A DNA stretch of 64,000 nt from contig CAYZFX010000007.1 in assembly GCA_964477935.1 (NCBI GenBank), positions 21,553 to 85,552 on the forward strand. Reading direction: 5' to 3'. Source of the DNA: an uncultured Syntrophorhabdus sp. (GTDB taxonomy: Bacteria; Desulfobacterota; BSN033; UBA1163). A program made the translations under genes and the position numbers. The first letter of the stretch is position 1. Each line of letters begins with the position of its first letter. This document shows, piece after piece, positions 30,304 through 39,230 of the stretch. Under the pieces are notes generated by a model. The model was not told where the DNA came from. It made no database searches and was given only the letters and a program-made list of their open reading frames with translations.

Positions 30304-31503
30304 ATGGCAAAGCCCTTTCTCGGTCTTTCAAAAAATGTGAGGAGCCTCGGCTGGGTCAGCCTCTTCAACGACATCGCCAGCGAGATGATCTATCCCCTTC
30401 TACCCCTCTTCTTAAACACAGTGCTTGGAGCAGGGGTCGTCTTTATCGGTTTGATCGAGGGAATTGCGGAGAGCGTCTCCAGTTTTCTCAAACTCTTTTC
30501 CGGCTGGGTCTCGGACCGTTTCCGAAAGAGGAAAGGGCTCATCTTCTTTGGATACGCCCTCGCCTCCCTCACCCGTCCCTTCATCGGACTGGCGACCTCT
30601 GCTTTCCAGGTCCTCTTTCTCCGTTTCTTCGATCGGATCGGCAAAGGCGTCAGGTCCTCACCCAGGGATGCCCTCCTCTCCCAATCCTGCGGAGAAGAGG
30701 AACGGGGGAAGGCCTTCGGTTTCCAGAGGGCCATGGACCATGCCGGAGCCATGATTGGCCCCCTCGTTGCCTCCTTTTTGATGGCGGTCTTGACGAAGGA
30801 TCTCCGGACCCTCTTCCTCCTCGCCTTCATCCCTTCCCTCTTCTGCCTCTATATTCTCTGGCGAGGCGTCACTGACCTCCCCCCCGTACAACCTTCCCAC
30901 ACGGATCAATCGAAATCTCTTTCGGCTCCGAAACTCAACTGGAAGCAATGGGACAGGCGATTCAAATACTTTCTGGTCATCATCACCCTTTTTACGCTCG
31001 GCAATTCGAGTGACGCGTTTCTCCTCCTCCGTGCTCAGGACCTGGGGCTGAATGTCGTCACCATCCCGATTCTCTGGTTTGTTTTTCACCTTTCGAAAAC
31101 CATCTCCTCCATTCCCGGGGGAACTCTATCCGACCGGATCGGCCGAAAAAGAGTGATGGTCCTCGCCTGGAGCCTCTACGGACTGGTTTATCTCGGGTTT
31201 GCCTTCGCCTCAACCCCCTACCATCTCTGGATGCTCTTCATCGCCTACGGACTCTTCTATGGGCTCTCTGAGGGGACGGAAAAGGCATGGGTGGCCGACC
31301 TGGTGGAGGAATCAAAACGGGGAACGGCTTATGGCGCCTATCACTTCTGTATCGGCATCGCCGCTCTTCCGGCAAGCCTCCTGATGGGCCTGATCTGGAA
31401 AGCGATCGGCGTCCAGTGGGCCTTTACTTTCGGCGCTGCCATGGCCCTCATTGCCGCCTTCTTAACAATCGCTCTGATGGGAGACGACCGGAAAGCGACA
31501 TAG
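30304..31503 (+). CDS. MFS transporter
   Basis: 399 aa with about 12 predicted TM helices and an MFS-like loop motif. Confidence 0.8.
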   Translation: MAKPFLGLSKNVRSLGWVSLFNDIASEMIYPLLPLFLNTVLGAGVVFIGLIEGIAESVSSFLKLFSGWVSDRFRKRKGLIFFGYALASLTRPFIGLATSAFQVLFLRFFDRIGKGVRSSPRDALLSQSCGEEERGKAFGFQRAMDHAGAMIGPLVASFLMAVLTKDLRTLFLLAFIPSLFCLYILWRGVTDLPPVQPSHTDQSKSLSAPKLNWKQWDRRFKYFLVIITLFTLGNSSDAFLLLRAQDLGLNVVTIPILWFVFHLSKTISSIPGGTLSDRIGRKRVMVLAWSLYGLVYLGFAFASTPYHLWMLFIAYGLFYGLSEGTEKAWVADLVEESKRGTAYGAYHFCIGIAALPASLLMGLIWKAIGVQWAFTFGAAMALIAAFLTIALMGDDRKAT

Positions 31504-31533
31504 CAAATTCGAATCTGTTTTTTTGACAAAACC

Positions 31534-32724
31534 ATGGAAACCGTTCCAGCAGGTGAAATCGAATCTCGAATCAAAAACTTCCAGAAGGTCCTTACGGAAA
31601 GAGGGCTTGATGGGGCCTTCATCCTTCAGAATGTTGACCGCTATTACTTCTCTGGAACGATTCAATCCTCCGTGCTCTTCATTCCACGGGTCGATGAACC
31701 CATCCTTATGGTTCAAAAGGGCCTGGAGAGGGCACGCAGGGAATCTTCTTTAAAGAACATCCTCCCGGTGGTGGGAAGAGGCCAGATCAAGAAAGTTCTG
31801 AAAGAGAGAGGTTTCCTGAGATTTAAAACGATTGGCCTCGAGATGGACATCCTTCCTGTGAACCTCTATCTCCGATACCAGCAGACCTTTCCGGAATACG
31901 AATGGGCCGATATCTCCGAAACGATTTTAAGGCTTCGTATGAGGAAGACTCCCTATGAAGTCGAACAGATTCGAAGGGCCGCCGCAATCCTGCATAAAGG
32001 ATACATGGAAATCAGAGAGATCATCCGTGAAGGAATGACCGAGCTTGAAGTGGATGGCTATCTGGCCTTAATCGCCCGAAGGGAAGGCCATATGGGTGTC
32101 ATGAGGATGCGGGGATGGAACCAGGAGATGACCATTGCCCATGTCCTTTCGGGAGAGAGTGGAGCGGCCATCTCCTTCCTCGATAGCCCCCATGGGGGAA
32201 AGGGAAATACGCCGGCCATGGCACAGGGAGCAAGTTTCCGGAGAATTGGAAGAGACGAACCCATCGGGATCGATTATGGGGTCGGGGTCAACGGCTATAT
32301 CGCCGATCAGTTCCGCACCCTGGTCATTGGCAATCTGCCGGATGATCTGATCAGGGCTCATGATCTATCCCTTGAGATCCATTCCCTCTTCGTCGAAGAA
32401 GCAAAACCCGGCATCGCCTGCTCCGATCTGTATCGCCTACTCATGGAGCGGGTGAGACAGAACCACTACTTTTTTAAATACTTCAATGGCTACGGGGAAG
32501 GAAAGGTGAGGTTTATCGGTCATGGATTGGGCCTGGAGATCGATGAATATCCAATCCTCTCTCCCCGTTTCGACCAGAAACTCGAGCCCGGTATGGTCAT
32601 CGCCCTCGAGCCGATGTTCGTCTTTCCCGACAGAGGGATTGTCGGGTTGGAGGATGACTATCTGGTCACCTCCAGCGGGGTTCAACGCCTCACCCTCACC
32701 GACCAGACCATCCTCACCATTTAA
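31534..32724 (+). CDS. M24-family metallopeptidase (Xaa-Pro aminopeptidase / creatinase fold)
   Basis: 396 aa. Creatinase-like N-terminus and a pita-bread C-terminus with metal-ligand residues (HGLGLEIDE, DYGVGVNGYIAD). Confidence 0.8.
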   Translation: METVPAGEIESRIKNFQKVLTERGLDGAFILQNVDRYYFSGTIQSSVLFIPRVDEPILMVQKGLERARRESSLKNILPVVGRGQIKKVLKERGFLRFKTIGLEMDILPVNLYLRYQQTFPEYEWADISETILRLRMRKTPYEVEQIRRAAAILHKGYMEIREIIREGMTELEVDGYLALIARREGHMGVMRMRGWNQEMTIAHVLSGESGAAISFLDSPHGGKGNTPAMAQGASFRRIGRDEPIGIDYGVGVNGYIADQFRTLVIGNLPDDLIRAHDLSLEIHSLFVEEAKPGIACSDLYRLLMERVRQNHYFFKYFNGYGEGKVRFIGHGLGLEIDEYPILSPRFDQKLEPGMVIALEPMFVFPDRGIVGLEDDYLVTSSGVQRLTLTDQTILTI

Positions 32725-33294
32725 AGAGTCTCCTCACAACCCGATCGGTATCGAGGGTCGGGGAGCCCGCTTTTCACTTTTAATCCCCCTTAAGCTCAGA
32801 AACTCCGTTCGAATATTACCCCGATGGATGGAGGGGGGATGGGTATCACGCCATCGCCGAAGAAGGGTTTTGCTTCCGGAAAAAAAGGGGGGGCAGGGAA
32901 ACCGCTTAAGGTTTGATCCCAACCCTATAACAGCGCCTGAGGGCCTTCTCCCAGGATCAAGTTCTGTCAGAAGGTTTCCGAGGATGCCACCGGAAAGGGA
33001 TTTTTTCGAACCATCCCTCCTTTCGATGGCTTTCGATCCGCCCGTCGAAATTGAGCCTCCATCTCGGCGGAGGTCAGGAGAGGCTTTCCACGGTCTTTTG
33101 GCCCTTCAATGAAAACCATCGGGGTCTCTTCAGGAAAAAATCGTGGGATTTCTTGAGAAAGGTAGTACATGATATTTTCGAAATCCCTTTAAATGGTCAC
33201 AACCATCTCATGTTGGCCAAATCGCTTTTATCGCAATATGGATTGTCCGGAGTTCGCCCTTTGATTATAATGGAGACGGAGGGGATGTTTTCAG

Positions 33295-33831
33295 ATGGAG
33301 GATTTTAAAAAAATTCTGGTCACCGGGACCCCCGGCGTGGGTAAGACCACGCTCATCAAAGAGTTGTCAGCAGGGTTGAAAGAACTTCATCCCGTAGGAT
33401 TTTATACCGAGGAGATTCGGGAGGGGGCTGAGAGAAAGGGGTTCGAACTTATCGGCCTTAATGGAAGAAAGGGGTGTCTCGCCCATAAAGACTTCAAAAG
33501 CCCTTACCGGGTTGGGAAATATGGGGTCGATCTCAAAGGCTTTGAAGATTTCCTCGATTCCATCCCCTGGACCGATCCTTCGGCCCGACTGATCATCATC
33601 GACGAGATCGGAAAGATGGAGTGCTTTTCCTGGAAATTCCAGAAGATTTTGAACGGGATATTCAACTCTGAAAAGGGGCTTATTGCAACGATTGCAAAGA
33701 AAGGGGGTGGCCTGATCGCCCAGATAAAAGCGAGAGAGGACGTCGGGATTTTCGATGTCACGTTGAAGAATCGAAACTCCCTTCTTATGGAAATCCTGAA
33801 AGAAATCGGGGAAACGAGAGAGATACGATGA
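33295..33831 (+). CDS. THEP1-type nucleoside-triphosphatase (archaeal-type P-loop NTPase)
   Basis: 178 aa with Walker A GTPGVGKTT and Walker B IIIDEIG. Size and motifs fit the THEP1/MJ1559 family. Confidence 0.6.
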   Translation: MEDFKKILVTGTPGVGKTTLIKELSAGLKELHPVGFYTEEIREGAERKGFELIGLNGRKGCLAHKDFKSPYRVGKYGVDLKGFEDFLDSIPWTDPSARLIIIDEIGKMECFSWKFQKILNGIFNSEKGLIATIAKKGGGLIAQIKAREDVGIFDVTLKNRNSLLMEILKEIGETREIR

Positions 33832-34370
33832 GAGGCATCCTTCTGGTCCCGATCGGAGAGGTGAGTGGAGTGGTCCTCATTAAGCTGAAGACTGAATTGG
33901 CGAAGAGGTGTCTTCGACCCGTCGCCATCGGCAATGAGATGCCCGTACCCCGCCATGCTTATGATAACAAGAGAGATCAGTATCTGGCTAACTTTATCCT
34001 GGAGGCCGTTAGAAAAGAGGAAGAACCTCTAAACTACGAAAGGGCCCTTGCCATTGTGGATCATGACCTCTACGTCCCGGAACTCAATTTCGTCTTCGGT
34101 CTGGCCGGGCAGAGGGTTGCCGTCATCTCTCTTACTCGACTGAGGCAGGAATTCTATGGGCTTCCAAAAGACCCGGACCTCTTTGACCGACGGGTTCTCA
34201 CGGAGGCCATCCATGAGCTGGGCCATACTTATGGATTAGGACACTGTAAGAATCCCGGGTGTGTGATGTTCTTCTCCAATAGCCTGATCGACACCGACCG
34301 AAAAGGCCCTGACTTCTGCATGAAGTGCAAAATTCGCCTCTTTAATGGCCTGCCCGAACCAGGAGCTTAA
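33828..34370 (+). CDS. Archaemetzincin (AmzA-family zinc metalloprotease)
   Basis: Diagnostic HELGHTYGLGHCKNPGCVM motif (HExxHxxGxxH followed by CxxxxC). Its start overlaps the THEP1 stop by 4 nt. Confidence 0.8.
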   Translation: MRGILLVPIGEVSGVVLIKLKTELAKRCLRPVAIGNEMPVPRHAYDNKRDQYLANFILEAVRKEEEPLNYERALAIVDHDLYVPELNFVFGLAGQRVAVISLTRLRQEFYGLPKDPDLFDRRVLTEAIHELGHTYGLGHCKNPGCVMFFSNSLIDTDRKGPDFCMKCKIRLFNGLPEPGA

Positions 34371-35559
34371 TGACCCTCCCCGATCGCCCTACCCAAGATA
34401 CCGGAAAAAGGACACTACCTGGGAGATGTTTCGAAAAAGATTGGGGATTTGAGATTAGTGGGTGAGTCCATGATCTTTCATGCGGTTCTTGGGATGGCTT
34501 ACATGTAGCAACTTCCTTTGCCCCTGTCAATGATAGAGAACCTTTCCCCTTATCTTTTTTCTTTTCGTCGCTTGCCCCTATCCCGAGTCTTGCTGCAAAA
34601 AAGATATGTCCTACCTTTCCTGTTACCTCTCGATGACCCTTTGCTGCTCGCGCCTCATTGAGTAACTTCAAGGCAAGATAATCTATTGCCACAAGGTCTT
34701 TTCCAATAATCAAACGATTCCCTGCCCATTGAGGGATTCCCGTCGGCCCTTTATTTAAAATGCATAATAAACAGTCGCCGACAATCAACCTGGTTTTCTC
34801 CCTAAGGAGTGGATGGGCATTTAATTCAGCTATTTGTATAGGGCCGTCTCTGTTGTGCATCGCCCAGGTCAAGGAGCGGTCCTCTATGCGCGTCCCCCAG
34901 AAAAGGGGAATATATCCATAAGCATTTTTTAATGAGAAAGGGATACCAGAAACGACCTGGTCCTTAAGGACTGGAAGGTTAATAATATATTTACCCTTTT
35001 GGGTAACGATTGTAGTCAAGGGAACCTTTTTCCGCTGGCTTTCCATCGTGACTTTCACCTTATCATCGAAATCCCACTGGTCTGTAGAGGTAAATCTCAC
35101 ATCATATTTTACGTGTTCCCAATATTTTCGTTTCTTCATATTGTTATCTCGATGATCAAAAACGATAATGTTGTTCTCTCTTAGGCCTGGCTCAATTAAT
35201 CCTTCTATAATCCAGGAGACGAGTTCAGGTCGGGTTGGACAATACCCTGTCGTGTTGACCTTGATTCCGAGGATATCGTTGGAGAGCAGTTGAGGAAGAC
35301 ATTTACTCCAAGCATCGTTAATGGTTTTTTGGCCGGTAAACTCAATCAACGCCCTTTCCAACATCGTTTTGACGACCTTCCGATCAACTTCTGAAAGGCC
35401 GCTGGTCGCCTGGGGATGATGCACCATAATGATTGAACTTTTTTCTTCCTCCCCATAAAGTGGTCGTGGAGACGTTGCTAAAGGAATGGCTAATGTGCCC
35501 ACTGCAAGTTTGGATGAGGCATGTAGAAATTCCCTTCTTGTGATTTCTAACCCTCCCAC
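34342..35559 (-). CDS. DUF362-like protein with twin-arginine (Tat) signal
   Basis: N-terminal TRREFLHASSKLAVGTLA Tat motif and a GIKVNT region typical of DUF362. The region has markedly lower GC than its flanks. The lysine-rich C-terminal tail overlaps the amzA 3' end. Confidence 0.5.
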   Translation of the reverse strand: MGGLEITRREFLHASSKLAVGTLAIPLATSPRPLYGEEEKSSIIMVHHPQATSGLSEVDRKVVKTMLERALIEFTGQKTINDAWSKCLPQLLSNDILGIKVNTTGYCPTRPELVSWIIEGLIEPGLRENNIIVFDHRDNNMKKRKYWEHVKYDVRFTSTDQWDFDDKVKVTMESQRKKVPLTTIVTQKGKYIINLPVLKDQVVSGIPFSLKNAYGYIPLFWGTRIEDRSLTWAMHNRDGPIQIAELNAHPLLREKTRLIVGDCLLCILNKGPTGIPQWAGNRLIIGKDLVAIDYLALKLLNEARAAKGHREVTGKVGHIFFAARLGIGASDEKKKDKGKGSLSLTGAKEVATCKPSQEPHERSWTHPLISNPQSFSKHLPGSVLFPVSWVGRSGRVIKLLVRAGH

Positions 35560-35980
35560 CTCCTTGGGTCATTGAAGGTATTTAACTCCGCACTCTATTT
35601 ATGCCACCGAATCGAAATCGAAAGAATCTCCCGGGATTGCATCAAGGCTACCCCCTTTCTCATAACCTATGGACAGGGCGTTTTCATAAGTGACCCTTGT
35701 GAAGTGGACACACTAAGGTTGTCGAGTTAGAACCCAGGGAAGGGGTGAATACTTTATCACCGGAGGGGTGAGAGATATGGCGACCCTGGGGATTGAGCAG
35801 GCCTTTTCCGCCTCGGGCGGATCCGACTCAGCCCCCCGCTTACGGTCTTTCCAAAAACCTCTCGAACTGTAACGGATCCCCCGTGAAGAGATTCTCCGCT
35901 TTGGTTGAAATGGCCGTTAACAGCAGGGAAACGAAACTTTCTTCAGAAGGCTATTCGGTAAATATTTAGAATCTTATTCT

Positions 35981-37450
35981 TCAGAACTGAAGATTGATCG
36001 TAATGCTTTTTCGCTGGGTGAAGCTCTCGAGCATCCCCTCCAGGGAGTACTCCCGGCCGAAACCACTTTGTTTGAACCCACCGTAGGATTGTCCTGGAAC
36101 GATGCCCACCCCCTGATTGACCTGAACCCATCCCGATTCGATGCGATGGGCCGTCCGGAGGGCTTTGCCGAGGTCATGGGTCCAGATGAAGGCAGCCAGC
36201 CCGTAATGGCTGTCGTTGGCCATGCGGATCGCCTCTTCTTCCTCCTTCCATGGAATGGCAACGAGGACCGGCCCGAAGATCTCTTCCCGGGCGATCCGCC
36301 ACTCGTTCCGAACATTTCCGATCACCGTGGGCTCCATGAAGTAACCCTGACTGAGCGGACCCGCCTTGGGGGGAAGACCACCTGTTAAAAGACGCGCCCC
36401 CTCCTGTCGCAAGCCGTCCTCCACATAGGCACAGACCTTCTCAAACTGAGTCCGGTTGATCAAGGCACCAACATCCGTTGTCTCGTCGAGGGGATCTCCG
36501 ATCTTGAGACCTCTTAATTTTTGAACGAGTTTATTCAAGAAGGATTCATATATCGATTCGTGAAGGAAGAGCCGCGACCCTGCGGTGCAGGATTGCCCCT
36601 GACGTGTAAACCGCATGGCTAAAAAGACGCCCTCCACGGTCTGCGGCTCATCTGCATCGGGAAAAACGATCTGTGGACTCTTTCCCCCCAGCTCAAGGGT
36701 GATGGGAACGATCCGTTCTGCCGCGGCCTCCATGACTGTCCTGCCGATCTCATGCGACCCGGTAAACGTCAGCTTCCTGACCAGTGGATGTCTGGCCAGG
36801 GGAAGGCCACACTCCGATCCCGTTCCGGTCACCACATTGAGGACACCCGGGGGAAGCCTTTCGGAACAGATCTCTGCCAATTTCAAAACGGCCAAGGGGG
36901 CTTCTGAAGAAGGCTTTAGGACGAGGGTATTGCCGGCAGTGATCGACATGGCCATTTTCAGGGCGGCAAGGCCCACCGGTGAGTTCCAAGGAACGATGCC
37001 CCCCACAACCCCGAGGGGCTCCCTCCGGGAATAGCTGAGGAGATTCTCCCCCAGGGGAACGACCTCTCCCTTGATCTCGCTGGCCACCCCACCGAAGTAA
37101 CGAAAGATGTCGGCCGTGAGCAGGGCCTCTGGCCGGGATTGGGTCCGTATGGCATTGCCCGTCTCGAGGGCAGTGATGCGGGCGATCTCATCGGCCTTTG
37201 CCTCGATCGCCTCACCGATCCTGATCATCACCTTCCCTCGCTCTCTCGGGGGGACCTTTCTCCAATCTTCGAAGGCCCGGCTGGCTGCCAGGACCGCCCG
37301 CTCCACGTCGGTTGATCCTCCCCTGGGAACCTCACCGACGATCGTTCCCTTCAAGGCCGGATTTTCAACCGGAAGGAATTGGCCTGTCGATGCCTCGACC
37401 CATCGTCCATCGATCAACATCCCTTTTCGTCCGACCTCCATGATCTTCAA
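35981..37450 (-). CDS. NAD(P)-dependent aldehyde dehydrogenase
   Basis: ALDH catalytic motifs ELGGKSP and QGQSCTAGSR. The likely start is MEV at 37441 with a GAAGGAGG SD. Confidence 0.9.
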   Translation of the reverse strand: MKIMEVGRKGMLIDGRWVEASTGQFLPVENPALKGTIVGEVPRGGSTDVERAVLAASRAFEDWRKVPPRERGKVMIRIGEAIEAKADEIARITALETGNAIRTQSRPEALLTADIFRYFGGVASEIKGEVVPLGENLLSYSRREPLGVVGGIVPWNSPVGLAALKMAMSITAGNTLVLKPSSEAPLAVLKLAEICSERLPPGVLNVVTGTGSECGLPLARHPLVRKLTFTGSHEIGRTVMEAAAERIVPITLELGGKSPQIVFPDADEPQTVEGVFLAMRFTRQGQSCTAGSRLFLHESIYESFLNKLVQKLRGLKIGDPLDETTDVGALINRTQFEKVCAYVEDGLRQEGARLLTGGLPPKAGPLSQGYFMEPTVIGNVRNEWRIAREEIFGPVLVAIPWKEEEEAIRMANDSHYGLAAFIWTHDLGKALRTAHRIESGWVQVNQGVGIVPGQSYGGFKQSGFGREYSLEGMLESFTQRKSITINLQF

Positions 37451-37509
37451 CCTCCTTCTTCTTCCGAAAGGATCTTGGACTCTCTTGGAAAGAATAGATT
37501 CGGTTGGGG

Positions 37510-38433
37510 TCAGGTGATGGTGTGATTGGCCAGTTTCTCGAGGACCGTCACGATGGAGGAATGGTCGAGTTCACTGCCACCGGAAGCGGCGAGGGCATTG
37601 AAAAGCTCCTGGGCGATGGCCGTGCCGGGAAGGCTCAAGCCCATGCTCCGAGCCGACTGAAGGGCGATGTTCAAATCTTTCTGATGGAGTCTCACGCGGA
37701 ATCCCGGGTTGAACGTCCGTTTGATCATCCTCTCACCATGAATCTCGAGTATCCGGCTCTGGGCGAAGCCACCGAGAAGGGCGGCCCGTACCTTCATCGG
37801 GTCTGCGCCAGCCTTGGAGGCGAAGAGGAGGGCCTCTGCTACGGCCTCCAGCGTCAAGGCCACGACGATTTGATTGGCCACCTTGCAGGTCTGACCATCG
37901 CCGTTACCGCCGATGTGGACGACATTCTTCCCCATCAGCTCAAAGAAGGGCTTCACACGGTTGAAGACCTCCTCCTTGCCTCCGACCATGATCGAGAGCG
38001 TGGCATTCTCCGCCCCGACCTGACCGCCTGACACCGGGGCATCGAGCATCTCGACACCCATCGAGGCCAGTCGCCTGGCAAATTCCTTCGTTGCGATGGG
38101 AGAGATCGAACTCATATCGACAACGATCTGGCCGGGCCTCAGGCCCTCGGCTAACCCATCGGGTCCGAAGAGAACTGCCTCCACATCGGGCGTGTCCGGA
38201 ACGATGATGAAGATGATCTCCGATCTCTGGGCCACCTCCCGGCAGCAGGTGCATCCCTTTGCGCCCAGGCTGCAGAGAAACTTCACGGGCTCCTCCACCA
38301 CATCACAGACATGGACGGTGTGGCCGGCCCTGACGAGATGGCTCGCCATCGGTTTTCCCATGATCCCCAGACCAACGAATCCAAGTTCTGCCATAGGTTC
38401 CTCCTTTAGGTTCGAAGATAAGGTTCGATCCAC
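37510..38433 (-). CDS. garR: 2-hydroxy-3-oxopropionate (tartronate semialdehyde) reductase / HIBADH family
   Basis: N-terminal GFVGLGIMGKPMA NAD fold and a 6PGDH-like C-terminus. The likely start is MAELG at 38394 with an AAAGGAGGA SD. Confidence 0.8.
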   Translation of the reverse strand: MDRTLSSNLKEEPMAELGFVGLGIMGKPMASHLVRAGHTVHVCDVVEEPVKFLCSLGAKGCTCCREVAQRSEIIFIIVPDTPDVEAVLFGPDGLAEGLRPGQIVVDMSSISPIATKEFARRLASMGVEMLDAPVSGGQVGAENATLSIMVGGKEEVFNRVKPFFELMGKNVVHIGGNGDGQTCKVANQIVVALTLEAVAEALLFASKAGADPMKVRAALLGGFAQSRILEIHGERMIKRTFNPGFRVRLHQKDLNIALQSARSMGLSLPGTAIAQELFNALAASGGSELDHSSIVTVLEKLANHTIT

Positions 38434-39188
38434 TTCAGGCCCTCTTCGGTCCTTCCGGCGGGGGTATATTCACAGCCCATCCAGCCCTCGTAGCCCGCCT
38501 CGTCGATGAACCGGAAGAGGTTGTTGAAATTAATCTCTCCGGTTCCGGGTTCGTGTCGACCGGGGACATCGGCCAGTTGAATGTGGCCGATCCTCGAGAG
38601 GTGGCTCGTAATGGTCTTGGAGAGATTTCCCTCCATGATTTGCATATGGTAGATATCATACTGGAGGAAGAGGTTGGGGTGTTGGACCTCCTCCATGAGT
38701 TGGAAGGCATCTCTCGTCCGAACGAGATAGAAGCCGGGCAGATCCTGATCATTGAGGGGTTCGATCAGCAATCGAATCCCCTCCTGATCAAGGGCCTTTG
38801 CGGCAAACCGGAGGTTTTCGATCAGGGTCTGCCTCACCTTCTCCGGGGCCACTCCCGGAGGCGTCTTCCCCACCAGGCAGTTTAGACGGGGGCATCCTAA
38901 GGTCTTGGCATACTCGAGAGCCTTTCCCACCCCATCCTGAAACTCTCCCTCCCTTCCCGGCAGACAGGCGATCCCACGCTCTCCTGCCTGCCAGTCCCCT
39001 GCGGGAAGGTTATGCAGGACCTGGATGAGTCCGAATCGGTCCAATCGTTCTCTCAACTCCTCTTTCTTCCATCCATAAGGGAAGAGGTATTCGACCCCTT
39101 TGAATCCGGCCTTTGCTGCTTTTTCGAAACGCTCCAAGAAGTCGACCTCGTTGAAGAGCATGGTCAGGTTGGCGCTGAATTTGGGCAT
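38406..39188 (-). CDS. hyi: Hydroxypyruvate isomerase (xylose-isomerase-like TIM barrel)
   Basis: 260 aa MPKFSANLTMLFNEV...FKGVE, a typical Hyi N-terminus. Confidence 0.8.
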   Translation of the reverse strand: MPKFSANLTMLFNEVDFLERFEKAAKAGFKGVEYLFPYGWKKEELRERLDRFGLIQVLHNLPAGDWQAGERGIACLPGREGEFQDGVGKALEYAKTLGCPRLNCLVGKTPPGVAPEKVRQTLIENLRFAAKALDQEGIRLLIEPLNDQDLPGFYLVRTRDAFQLMEEVQHPNLFLQYDIYHMQIMEGNLSKTITSHLSRIGHIQLADVPGRHEPGTGEINFNNLFRFIDEAGYEGWMGCEYTPAGRTEEGLKWIEPYLRT

Positions 39189-39230
39189 GGCGTTCCTCCC
39201 TCGATGAGATCGGGTTTAGTGCGCGCCCCA

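Noticed and set aside
32940-33060. Possible SRP (4.5S) RNA because of GUCAGAAGG...CCGGAAAGG resemblance to the domain IV motif
   Set aside because: Only a loose partial match. The conserved GGUCCGGAAGGAAGCAGC core and the closing helix are not present.
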